In this document: positions 1 to 11,680 of the stretch, piece after piece | How the letters are laid out: the number at the start of each line of letters is the position of its first letter | Position numbering within the stretch: the first letter of the stretch is position 1 | DNA from: the human T2T-CHM13v2.0 reference genome, Homo sapiens | Length of the DNA stretch: 64,000 nucleotides | Strand: one strand, 5' to 3' | Assembly (NCBI RefSeq): GCF_009914755.1 | Contig: NC_060936.1 | Notes under the pieces: generated by a model | Seen by the model: only the letters and a program-made list of their open reading frames with translations | Told to the model about the DNA's origin: nothing | Databases searched by the model: none | Translations under genes and position numbers: made by a program

Positions 1-422
1 AAAGAGGACATAGTGTTATTTTTCCCATTTTAAAGAAGAGGTCACTGGGGCACTAACATGTTGAGTCTGGCTCTAGAACCCATACTGTTAATGACTAAAA
101 TTATAACACCTCTCAGAAGTTATTTTTCAAAAATATAGTCATAACATATGGTCCAATCAAGTTACCACCTGTACTTGAGAGGAAGAAACCCAAATTCCAG
201 AGCTCTTAATTCCCATTACGTTACTTTGTCAATTAGGCTAAACCAGCCTAATTCAGTTATTGAAGCTAAAAATAGAGCCTCCATGAAAATGTTTCCCTAA
301 TTAAACCGTGACTTCTAAAATGTGTTAAATAAGAAAAAATACAATTCCTATATAAATTATCCTATAGTACTTTTAAATAATAAAACAACACTTAAAGGAT
401 TTCAAATGAAGAAAATACATAC

Positions 423-732
423 TTTACTGTTTTAATACATTGTTCTTCTGGCTGAGGCTGGTCAAAGCTACACTGATCTTCAAATAAAGGCTCGTCAATG
501 CTACACTGTTCTTCAAGCAACGGCTGGTGAACTTGTTCTGACAAAGGATGGTCGACTTTTCTTGCTTGCTTCCTATGTCTTTCCTCTTCAGCTAAATAGA
601 GATGTTTCAGATTATCTGGGTATCGATCTGTGAATTGAGATTCCAGTGACGTTTGAGCCTTCTTTTCCTTCCGTAGCAATTTCTTGTAACTTTGCTGTAT
701 TTTCAGTTTTCTTCGAAAAGCAAAGCCTTGTC
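423..732 (-). CDS. CCDC59: CCDC59 (TAP26) coding exon 2; gene continues left of the window
   Basis: Minus-strand acceptor caatgtAG|GA at 734-733 and donor AA|GTATGT at 422-417. The 310 nt read (G)[50 protein letters not shown]...EEQCIKTV, in phase with exon 1. Matches the CCDC59 protein as I recall it. Confidence 0.96.
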
Positions 733-1682
733 CTACATTGAGGAATATCCAAAATTACTTTCAGAGAAAAGAAGTTGAACGAAGAATGGAGCTGTTAATT
801 ACAAATGAAAACTTTTTTTACGTCATCACATTCAGATTCTAGTATTACATTTTGCTTTAAAAAATTATTTCAAGCAACAAATTTAAGCTGATGGATTGCA
901 TAGTAAGTTGGCCCTTTGCAAAAAGACCAGGCTAACAGTCATGCGGAAATCCAAGTAAGAATCTCAAAGAAAAACTGACCAGTTCAGACTGTTGCACAAC
1001 TTGAGTTTACAGCTGTATTCACAAATCAAAACAAATTCCTTAGTTCATCTAAAACACTTAATCTGAGCCTTCAATAAATGCTTAAAAAATAGGAAAGAAA
1101 ATGCCACATCTAGTATCTTGGACAAACTACATGTTTTCGAAAATGTTTCAACACGAAAGAAAAAGACAGTGTATGGTTGTCTGAAAAGCTAGCAATTATC
1201 AGAAGACTGAATTTAACATTTATATATTCCAAGTGGGATCTAAGAGACCTTACAGACAGCAATACAAAATGACAAACACAAATTAAAGCGAAGGCTGGAG
1301 GGCCTCGGGTATTTGTAATAAGGAAGAATTCGGAGCAGTGTTTCTGGCCCTGTCCTCCTCTCTATCCTTTACCTTACCACATGCGCAAGAGTTCACAGGG
1401 TCATAGACTCTCTCTGCTCAGTTTCTCAGGAAAAATATAGGAAAAAAGTTCTGATGAAATACAGGGTTACGTCAGAAAAGACGTTTAAATAATAGCAACA
1501 CTGCTCCGTCTTCCTATCTAGAGCTCTGCGAAGCTCACAGCTTTAGCGGGCTCAGGAATGAATTCCCTTGCCCCAAGTAGGACCGGGTCTGGTTCCTAAA
1601 TCCTTCTTCCAAGCTTCAGCGAATCTTATATCCTAGAACTTAGCAAGCCTGAGGATTTGCAAATGGTTGCCTTCTTACATAC

Positions 1683-1836
1683 CCTCGCGAACGCTCCCCA
1701 CGAAGGCTTGCGGGTGGTTAGGCCGCCATGTCTTCTGTCTCACATTCTTATTCCTGTACCTGACAGTGGAAACCCCTTCACCACGCGCCTCAATACCACC
1801 AGGCCGCCACTTCGCGGACCGCCTCACCGGCGCCAT
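1683..1836 (-). CDS. CCDC59: CCDC59 coding exon 1
   Basis: ATG at 1836-1834 gives [51 protein letters not shown]. The exon is 154 nt (phase 1) and ends at donor G|GTATGT (1682-1677). It joins exon 2 in frame as GGA. Confidence 0.95.
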
Positions 1837-2025
1837 TGCAGCCGACTAACTGCGTCATCAGAAGACCACGACGGACGCCCACAAAATACGTCACCAAGCC
1901 GAAGCAATCAATCGCTCAGAAGGAATCCGGCTCGGAGCTCTACTGAGCCTGCCTGTGCTAATTTGGGCCGAGCTGGCGCCTCACGGCCATGTTTGCGCCA
2001 CCTACAGCCTCGGAGGGTGAGCGTC

Positions 2026-2284
2026 ATGGCGGCTTCTTGCCCTCTCCCGGTGACCCCGGACCTGCCCACGCTGCGTGCCAAGTTGCAGGGACTGCTGCAG
2101 TTCCTGAGGGATGCCCTGTCCATTTCCAATGCACATACCGTGGATTTCTACACAGAATCCGTGTGGGAGGAGCTGGTCGACTTGCCACCGGAGACAGTGC
2201 TGGCTGCGCTGAGGAAGTCAGCGTCGGAGACGGAGGCCCTGCCCTCAGAGACGCGCCCCCTAGTGGAAGCAGAGTGGGAAGCAG
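2026..2284 (+). CDS. METTL25: METTL25 (putative SAM-dependent methyltransferase) coding exon 1
   Basis: gtcATGG start, reading MAASCPLPVTPDLPTLRAKLQGLLQFL...AHTVDFYTESVWEELV...EWEA. The exon is 259 nt and ends at donor CAG|GTGGGT (phase 1). Confidence 0.95.
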
Positions 2285-2639
2285 GTGGGTGGTGGGGTAG
2301 GCGGGGCGGGAAGAGAGGCGGAGGAGAAGGTCCCGGCAGACGAAGCGAGCCCCCTGGTGGAAGCCAGCAGAACCAGGTGCGTGGCGGCGGAGGCGGGGCG
2401 GCCCGCTGGGAAACCGAGGAGGGGTCGGATTAGTTGAGGGGTGGGGTGGGGATGTTCTTTGGAATCAGGATCACTCTTTCTTTGGGTGCTTGTGTATGTC
2501 CACAATTTAAAGAAAGCAGGAAACAGGGCAGGGGAGTTCCTTCATCTAGTAATTCCATAATAATTGACGCTAGGGAAACTAGGGGAGCAGTGCTCTCACA
2601 GGTTTTATAAATGCCAGCATGTGGTGGAAGATTACTCAA

Positions 2640-3090
2640 CAGTTAATAAAGATAATTTCAAGTGGTGGTAATGAAGTAGAAAATAAAAACAGTGTAATGT
2701 GGTAGGGATTGTGTAAGGAGGCTGCCTCAATTTAGGAGGTCAGGAACATGAGAAGGCACTAGCCTGCAGAGCCACAGGGAGGGGTTGCAGGCGGTGGGAA
2801 CCGCAGGCTAGGCTTGGCTCTAGCCAGGTGAGGGGCTGCAGGTGCAGGACGGGAGGCAAGCAGAGGCCAGATGGCACAGGCCTTTCTAGGCCTTGGAAGG
2901 ATTTTGGATTTTAAGTGTGATGGAAACCCTTGGGATTATTTAGGCAACATAGTGACCTAATTCACATTTGAAAAGATAACTGTGAATTATTTGAAGAATA
3001 GACTAGGGCAAAAGCTGAAGCTGAGAGGCCAGTTAGGAGACTACCTCAGTAGTACAACAGATGATTGTATCTTGGACTAGGATGGTATTC
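2640..3090. mobile_element. Degraded LINE-2 fragment (approximate)
   Basis: L2-like phrases such as ggaaggattttggattttaagtgtgatggaaacc and gagaggccagttaggagact. Confidence 0.5.
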
Positions 3091-4211
3091 GGATAGTCAC
3101 TATTTCATTTAAAAACTATTTTAAAGTACCTAATATGTGTCTTGAATTTTTGTAGGCTCAAGCTTTTCCTACCCTCAAGAAATGTAGATTCTTCTCAGGC
3201 AAGCATATTTTGGAAGTAGAATGATGGACACCAGCAGGCTTCTGGGATTTTTACTTTCCTTCTAGACTTCCCAAACTTACCCTTACTAGTGAACTTTATT
3301 CATTGAGCATTCTCTGAATGCAAAGCAACACTAGAGGGACCTCTTATAATAGCACTTGGTAAATACTGTTGTTGTTTTTTTAAGTAATTGTTATTGAAAA
3401 GTTAGGCACTTCTTCAGTTTGCTCTCATAATAAATATATGGCACTTATGATATGACAATTTTACTTAAACTCCAAAAGAGCAGAGTCTTTGTCTGACTTG
3501 TCAACTGATGTATTCCCAGCACTTGGTAAAATACTTGGCATACATTAGATACTGGATGAATATTTGTTGAATGGAGGAATTAATGAGTTACTCATGTTAG
3601 TTTTAAATAAATAAAATGAAACTACTCTCAAGTTTAGAGTGTAAGACTTTAATACGTGTTTAGCCTGGTCTCCAGACAATGGTAGAGTCAGATTGTCTTA
3701 CATATTCTAATAATAATTGGATTATTTGATATTTACTATATACCCTGTAGTGTGCTAAGTGTCTTCATGTGTATTTTCTCTCTTAATCTTTACATCAGCC
3801 TTGCAAGATAGGTTCTGTTATTGTCGATTTGTGGAATTATAACTTGAGGAGTTAATTTGCAAGGGATATAGCTGATAATGGAAGATTCTCAAACCTGGGT
3901 CATCTGATTTGAAACTTTTTTAGTGCTGTAAGAAAAAAAGTATACTAGATAAGGGAGGAGTAAGTAAGGGGAAGAAGAGGAAAATGTTTGCATTTTTAAG
4001 TAAGTTGTCCTGGCAAGACCTCACTGAGGTGACTCTAACTCTGAAAAGATAAGAAAAAAACCGAGCCATGAAGATCTCTGGAGGGAAAGCAGTCCATTTA
4101 GTGACAACAGGAAACAGAAATGCCCTGACGAGGGAGCCTACAAGGTATGTTTAAGGAGCTGTAAGGAGACTGAAATAGATTTCCACTAGGGACTCACAAG
4201 GAGTATGGTCT

Positions 4212-5434
4212 TGTGTCCGGAATTGTTAGGTTCTTGGTCTCACTGACTTCAAGAATGAAGCCACAGACCCTCTCAGTGAGTATTATAGTTCTTAAAGGCG
4301 GCGTGTCCAGAGTTTGTTCCTTCTGATGTTTGGATGTGTTCGGAGTTTCTTCCTTCTGGCGGGTTCGTGGTCTCGCTGGCTTCAGGAGTGAAGCTGCAGA
4401 CCTTTGCGGTGAGTGTTACAGCTCACAAACGCAGTGTGGACCCAAAGAGAGAGCAGCAGCAAGATTTATCGCAAGGAGTGAAAGAACAAAGCTTCCACAG
4501 GGTTGTCGCTGCTGGCGCCAGCAGTCTGCTTTTATTCTCTTATCTGACCCCACCCACATCCTGCCGATTGGTCCATTTTACAGAGAGCTGATTGGTCCAT
4601 TTTGACAGGGTGCTGATTGGTGCATTTACAATCCCTGAGCTAGACATGAAAGTTCTCCTAGTCCCCACTAGATCAGCTATACACAGAGCACTGATTGGTG
4701 CATTTACAAACCTTGAGCTAGACACAGGGTGCTGATTGGTGTATTTACAATCCCTTAGCTAGACATAAAGTTTATCCAAGTCCCCACTAGACTCAGGAGC
4801 CCAGCTGGCTTCACCTAGTGGATCCCACATTGGGGCTGCAGGTGGAGCTGCCCACCAGTCCCATGCCGTGCGCCCGCACTCCTCAGCCCTTGGGCGGTCG
4901 ATGGGACCAGGCACTGTGAAGCAGGAGGCGGTGCTTGTTGGGGAGGCTTGGGCTACGCAGGAGCCCACGGTGCGGGGGAGGGGGACTCAGGCATGGCGGG
5001 CTGCAGGTCTTGAGCCCTGCCCTGCAGGGAGGCAGCTGAGGCCCGGTGAGAATTCAAGAGCAGCGCTGGTGGGCCGGCACTGCTGGGGGACTTGGTGCAT
5101 CCTCCGCAGCTGCTGTCCTGGGTGCTAAGCTCCTCACTGCCTGGGGCCAGCGGTGCTGGCCGGCTGCTCTGAGTGCTGGGCCTGCCAAGCCCACAACCAC
5201 CCGGAACTCGCGCTGGCCAGCAAGCGTGGCGCGCAGCCCTGGTTCCCACCCGTGCCTCTCCCTCCACACCTCCCTGCAAGCTGAGAGAGCCAGCTCCAGC
5301 CTCGGCCAGCCTAGAGAAGGGCTCCCACAGTGCAGTGGTGGGCTGAAGGACTCCTCAAGCGTGGCCAGAGTGGGCGCCAAGGCTGAGGAGGCGCCAAGAG
5401 CGAGTGAGGGCTGCCGGCACGCTGTCACCTCTCA
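4212..5434 (-). mobile_element. Solo LTR12C-type (ERV9) LTR
   Basis: Minus strand begins TGAGAGGTGACAGCGTG and ends CCGGACACA. It has a GC-rich U3, repeated CCAAT boxes (ATTGG at ~4565-4740) and an AATAAA TATA-analogue at ~4531-4536. Perfect 4-bp TSD gtct at 4208-4211 and 5435-5438. Confidence 0.95.
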
Positions 5435-5739
5435 GTCTTCTGCTGATATTTTGTGAGGAGTTACAAGTAAACATAATTCCCAGAGCGCAATGCACAGTTT
5501 GGAAAAGCACACTAACAGATGTTCGGCACAATCATTTGGTGTTTTATGGAACAAAGTTTTTTCTAAAAGTCCTCAGTGTGTCCATTTCAGTAGGTTTCAT
5601 GTGCCAGGTGATCTTCTTGTCTCATTAGAGTCCTAAGAGTTTCTTCTTCATTGTTCATCTAAAAAGAACTAGAATAAAATATTTAATTCGCTAAAATAAA
5701 AAGCAAATATGTTAGAAATAACTATCTTTTCAGTGCATA

Positions 5740-5920
5740 AATTATGGCTTTCCAGACAGACTTCCTGGGGTCAAATATTGACTCCAGCACTTAGTAGCTG
5801 TGCTAACTTGGGCAATTTACTTCAACTCGTTGTACATTAGTTCCTCATCTGTAAAATGGGGGTAACTTTAGTACCTGCCTGATGGGATACTGTGAAAGGT
5901 AATTCAGCTAATATATAGAA
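5740..5920 (+). mobile_element. MIR SINE
   Basis: Core motif ...ctgtgctaacttgggcaatttacttc...ttcctcatctgtaaaatgggg. Confidence 0.75.
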
Positions 5921-6269
5921 AGGGATATCTTTCACGTGAAGTGAACAGCAGGTGCCCAAGCTGGAGCACGCTTGGTGCATTTTAAACACAGCTGAGCAGT
6001 CTTGGTGAGACCGGTGAGAGATGGCATTTGGAGGTAGCCCAGGACATCCTCACATAAAACTTGTAGGCTGTACTCAGTACTTGGCTTTTATTCTGAGTGA
6101 AATGCGAAGCTCTTTGAGAATTTTGTGTGGTGATGTGATACCGTGTGATTTATGTTTCAAATCACCTGGTTTCTGTGTGGAGAAGAGAAGGTAAGAAAGG
6201 TGAAGGAAATTAAGGGAAGAAACAGGAATACAATATAAGAGGCTATTAAAATAGTCCAGGGACATTTCA

Positions 6270-7450
6270 AGGAACAGTAGCTTGAAGAGGTCAGATTCCC
6301 CTGCAGATAACAATGATGAAAACTGGCCAGATTATTAAAAACAACTGTAAGATTCTGGAAAATGCCAAAGGCAGAAATATAAGAAGAGGTTACTATTGAA
6401 AGACTGTGATTGATTGGGTAGGAAGTCAGAGTTTATGGCTTTCTTGCTAGAGATGCTCCTAGCCCCTGTAGATCTAGCAGTGGAATACCACATCCTTACC
6501 AGGTCAAGGTGGTGATGGCAAAATTCAGAGATCGGAGCAGGTGCAAATTTAAGACGTACATTCTGGAAACAGGAGATACAAAAGGTCTGAGATCTAAGAT
6601 CTGAGTATAAACGCTGCCTGAATCCCCAAATGATCTCTTAACTCCACATGCCTGGGAGACCTAGAGATCCTAGCAGAAACACTGGCAAAAAACTTTTGAG
6701 AGGCAGAGCTTCCCCTGGCTAGAGATCCCACAAGTTTGCTGCACCTTCAACAGAGTGTATTTCCTAAAGTACATACAACTTGGGTGGTAAATATCAGAAG
6801 CCTTATTGAATTCTTGTATGAAAGGGCAAAATTCAAGTTTGGCAGAGCAACTGGAAATTTACACTAGGGAGTCTTTGAATTGTAAAAAAAGGAACTACAG
6901 AAAGGGTGAGCCTCAAAATCTGACTAGAAAATCTACCCAAATCTTTATCTGACTGCTAAACTCTGCAGGCTCAGGTATACCACCAGACAGTGGGTAAATA
7001 AAAAGCAACTAAGCAGAGACATCAGCTGCTGCACTCTGAAGGGGGGATAGTTTTCACAGTTTGAGTCAAAACAAGTTGACTTCCCACTATTAATAGAACA
7101 ACAACCACCACAAATCCTTAGGAAAACAAAATAGATTCACTACAATAAAGTATCTGTCATTCCATTTTTCAACTAAAAAAAACTAGATGTTTAAAAAAAA
7201 AAAAAAAGGAAAGTGTGACTCTAACTTAGGAAACTAATTCCAAGTAAGCCCTAATGCTGGATTTTAGTACCTATGATGAAAGAATTGAAGGATAGTGTGA
7301 CCCGTATTTAGGAAAAAAAGAGTAAGTCAATAAGTGCTGATCCTAATTGGGCTAACGTGTTGGATTTCAGTGGCTGTTATAAATATGTTTAAAGAGCTCC
7401 AAGAAAATACACTGGGAGAATTAAAGGAAACTATGGTATTAAGGAATATT
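6270..7450 (+). mobile_element. Old L1M 5' region / ORF1 start (approximate)
   Basis: A-rich sense strand ending in gctgttataaatatgtttaaagagctc...gaattaaaggaaactatg, typical of the L1M ORF1 N-terminus. Confidence 0.5.
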
Positions 7451-7524
7451 TAATTATAGTACCTACTTTATGCCCCTTTGAAATGAAAAGTACACACTTA
7501 CCGACACACAATTGTATTAATGTT

Positions 7525-7860
7525 ATGTATTATCTATTGCTGCATAACAAGTGGTTTAAACCTATACTATCTCATCAGTTTTTGTGGGTCAGGAATTCAG
7601 GAGCAGATTAACTGGGTGGATCTGGTTTGGGATCTTATGAGGTCACAGTCAAGAAGTTGGCTGGGGCTGTAGTTGCTGAAGGCTTGATTGAGGCTGAAAT
7701 ATTTGCCTCTGTGATTATCTCATTCACATAGGTGGCCATAATATTTCATTCGCATAGGTGGCCATAATATCTCATTCACGGAGGTGGCTAGTTGGTGCAG
7801 GCTGTTGGCATGAGGTCTCAGTTTCATACCATGTGAACTTTTCCTACGGGGATGCTTTTG
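7525..7860. mobile_element. MaLR MLT1-type LTR fragment
   Basis: tattgctgcataacaa...gtgggtcaggaattcaggagcag...ggctggggctgtag, a characteristic MLT1 string. Confidence 0.65.
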
Positions 7861-9262
7861 TGGCAACTTTGTGTTTACATGACGTTCTTGTTTTTGTCTG
7901 CACTCAGACATGATTATGAAGTTGGCATGGTCACAAACCTTGTCTGATGTTGGTGTACTGAGAAATTTTTCATGTTTAGTAGGAAAGACTGTGGCCTACA
8001 TGTTAGTTCAAGGTCAGCTATGAGCTGACATCTGTCTGTTACATCTGGGGTTTTTTCTTTCCTTTTTTAAAAGTAGGGATAATATTACCTACCTTCTAGG
8101 ACAGCAAAGATTAAAGATGATGTATACATAGCACCTAGCATAGAACTGAGAATATAGCATGGGTTAATAAATTGTGGCTAATACATGATTGTGATGGTTG
8201 TGATGATGATTGGTAGTGATGGTATAATTAGGTCTTTACTTGGAAGAAATAAATTGTCCAGAGTTCCTGGAAGTTTATGTTCTAAACAAATATATTTTTT
8301 GCCATATTAATAAATAACATACTATTGTTATTGTCTGTTGGCTTGTCTGTATCTGCAACTAAATTATAAACTATCAAAAAACAAAGGTACAATGTTTGTC
8401 TTTTTCACTATTTTCAGCATCATAAACAGTTTCTGTTTATAGATGAGTAAATTAAATGATTCTATTTTTACATTAAAATTGTTTATTTTTAATTGGCAAA
8501 TAAAAATTATGTATGTTTATTGTGTACATCATGTTTAAATAATTCTTGAAAGAATGAAGTTAAACATAGATCTAATAAAGAGTCTTATTGAAGGCACTCC
8601 TTGCACATACCTAGTACTCAACTAGACATATATTATTTCTGGTTGATCCCTGAGTTATATTTATGATCATTGTGTATGATAATAAATATTAGTTATATGA
8701 TCCAACTAATAGATTTTTAAATTTATTTGAAGAGACACAAATCAATAACTGTTCTTTCCCTATGTGGAAATATAGTACTTTATTTAGTACATTACAGATT
8801 ACAATAAAATACCCTGGGAATTTGGACATAAAATCAGAACAAGTATCACTTCAGGTTAAAATGTCTAAAAGTTAGTACATAATATAGGCGAGATTAACCA
8901 TCTGCAGCAAAAAAGCCAGTAGAGACAGCTTCTAAATATTTTGCTGATAGGATAAATATGACCTATATCTTATTTTGGAGATTAAGATTTCGTTATAGCT
9001 CCTTCAAGGAAACCAGACTGTGTTCTTGGGAAGTAATGACTGTAAGTGTAAATCTGTAACATTCTCAGCAGAATCATCATTGATCTTCAGAAATTAATTG
9101 TTGTTTAATGGAATCTAGAAAATTCTTCTGAAAAGCAAGAGGGGAGAGATAGTCTAAGTCAGGATAGCTAAAATATTTTATGAAACAGAAATAGATCAAA
9201 ACAACAGAAGCAACTTAAGCAGCTTACTTAGCTTGCTGAAAATTTTAAGAATATCTGGCCTC

Positions 9263-9570
<308 letters not shown>

Positions 9571-11299
9571 AAGAATACCTGGCCTCATTTGTTCTCATTG
9601 TAATTCTAAAATTAGGAGACTATCCTAACAAATGAGTGTTACAGATTATTGTTATAGGTATATTTCTCAGTGGAAACTAATACATTTGTATTTCAAAGTC
9701 AACATCTTATAATGTTATTTAAATTAGCTGGGGATAGCCTAATGAACTCTCAGGAATTCCAGCTTCTGTGCCTGCCAAAGCATAGGGATCCTCTAAGGCA
9801 CTGAGCCTCCAGGGACTTTCTCTTGACTTTTCTTTCAGTTTCTTGACGCCATATGCTGCTTCTCCTGTTTCACATTATTACTCAAATGATCCTACCAGGA
9901 TTGGGTGCTGAGTAAATGTTTATAGAATCAGTTCCTTTTGGTGATCATCTGGTGTAATTATTTTACTACCATTTTAATTGAACAACACAGAAAGTGTATG
10001 TCCATGATAGATTATTCTTTTATCAAGCTTGTCTTTATTTTTTTTTTTTGCATCTTAATAAATTAAATGTTTTCTTGGCCATCCTAAGTAGTTTTTATTG
10101 TTGGTGGTGGTAGTAATTCGAATGCATTGAAATTGCGCTCATATTTAATTTGAAACACATGAAGGCAGAAAGTATGTTGTTGGAAACAGACAGTGAGAGC
10201 ACAACGGAGAAATAATTAGTGTGTTCTGTTTTACTCTGCTGTATGTAACTTTTATTCATTCACTTTCCTTATATATTTTTCTGAATTCCATTTTCTCTTT
10301 TTCAGTTTTTCTGAGTCATTTTAGATTTCAAATGTAAAAATAATATTACATTATAACAAGATAGTGGCCAGTGTTAGCCCCATTCCAGGGGAACTTCTGT
10401 AATCATAAGTAAGAGAGAGCTGCAATGCAAACAAATCTTTGAGAACCAAGGATAATTTTTCTTTTTGTCTGTTTGAGATATAGAAAGTGTCTTCAGATTT
10501 TCCTTTTAAATAAAACTATTTAGAACTTAAATTTGTTTTCTAATTTTTAATGGTACCTCCTCCACTACTTTCCCCTTTCCCCATATCTTTCAATTATTAG
10601 AAGTTCAGTAAAACAGAGTTCATGGAGATTCCTTTCATCTGTTGCATTTTTCCTCATTCTACTTATATTATACTGTTTTCCTGTGTTTAGCCAATCATCA
10701 TATATTTGGTTGCCTCTATTCGTTTGGATTTTTAAAATTTTATATCAAATCATTAAACTTTCCTTGTAAGCTTATAGTTATGGTTACCTGTTATCATCAT
10801 TTATCATAATTTAAATTCTTTCCTTGGTTTTAAAAAAAACTTTTCTACATGATTTCATGCCTTCTGGAGTCTGTATTTATTTTGTTTACTCCTCATCACC
10901 TCAGTGGTTTAAGCATTCCTTCTATAAATGACATTATTATTCTTCCTGTTACCTCAGTTCATAATCCGCCAATTCCTCTTCCTCCATTACTCTTGCATTT
11001 GCTCTTTTTCATTCCCATAGAAAATAGTTCAGTGTCACCTCTCCTTTTTAAATCTTGCAACAGAATTTTTGTAATGGCTTCCAACCTGTTGTTCTTGCCT
11101 TTAGACTGTATTTCATTCGTGTTGCCACTCAACAGCTTTCAGATTTATTGTCCAAAACTGTAGTTCTGATCTTGTCATTCTTCTGCTCAAAACCCATCAG
11201 TAGTTCTTCATTTCCTACAAAATAAAGTTCTTCACCTTTGGCCTTATCTTGTATCTGCTCTTCAGCTGGAACTTGGCTACTAATATAAACAAATAGGAG

Positions 11300-11680
11300 A
11301 TAGCATGGAAAGAATATGGATTTTAGTGTCAGTCACACATAGTTTTGAATCCTGGCTCTGATACTTTAGTACTGCATAATCTTGTGCACTTTAGTTAAGC
11401 TTTTGCAGCTCAATTTCCCCTTTTGAAAAATGGGAATCCTAATTCTTGTCTGAAAGGTCTCCATAAAAGTAAATGAGATATATATTAAAACGTAGTGTGC
11501 AAATGAGTAGGCCCCATAATAAATAATAGCCACCTTCTTCCTACTCTGATGCTCTCAGATGGAGGCAGACTAGATGCAGAGTCAGAAGACCTGATTCTAA
11601 TCCATCTCTAACTCTGATTAGCTGTGTTATCTTGCACAGGGCATTTAACTGTAGGGCTCAATTTTCTCATCCAAGAAGTA
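11300..11680 (+). mobile_element. Two adjacent MIR fragments (approximate)
   Basis: ttgaatcctggctctgatact... and gtcagaagacctg...ggctcaattttctcatc MIR cores. Confidence 0.6.

Larger units (their letters stand above)
1680..2440. promoter_or_regulatory. CpG island / bidirectional promoter shared by CCDC59 and METTL25
   Basis: GC- and CpG-rich relative to the AT-rich flanks. Divergent ATGs at 1836 (-) and 2026 (+). CGTCA (CRE half-site) at 1853, 1889 and 2022, a GCCATGTT YY1-like motif near 1986, and GGCGGG GC boxes near 2300 and 2392. Confidence 0.9.

Noticed and set aside
4330-5456. Cluster of 60-136 aa ORFs on both strands
   Set aside because: All lie inside the GC-rich LTR12C and show no protein motifs. 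They are expected chance ORFs.
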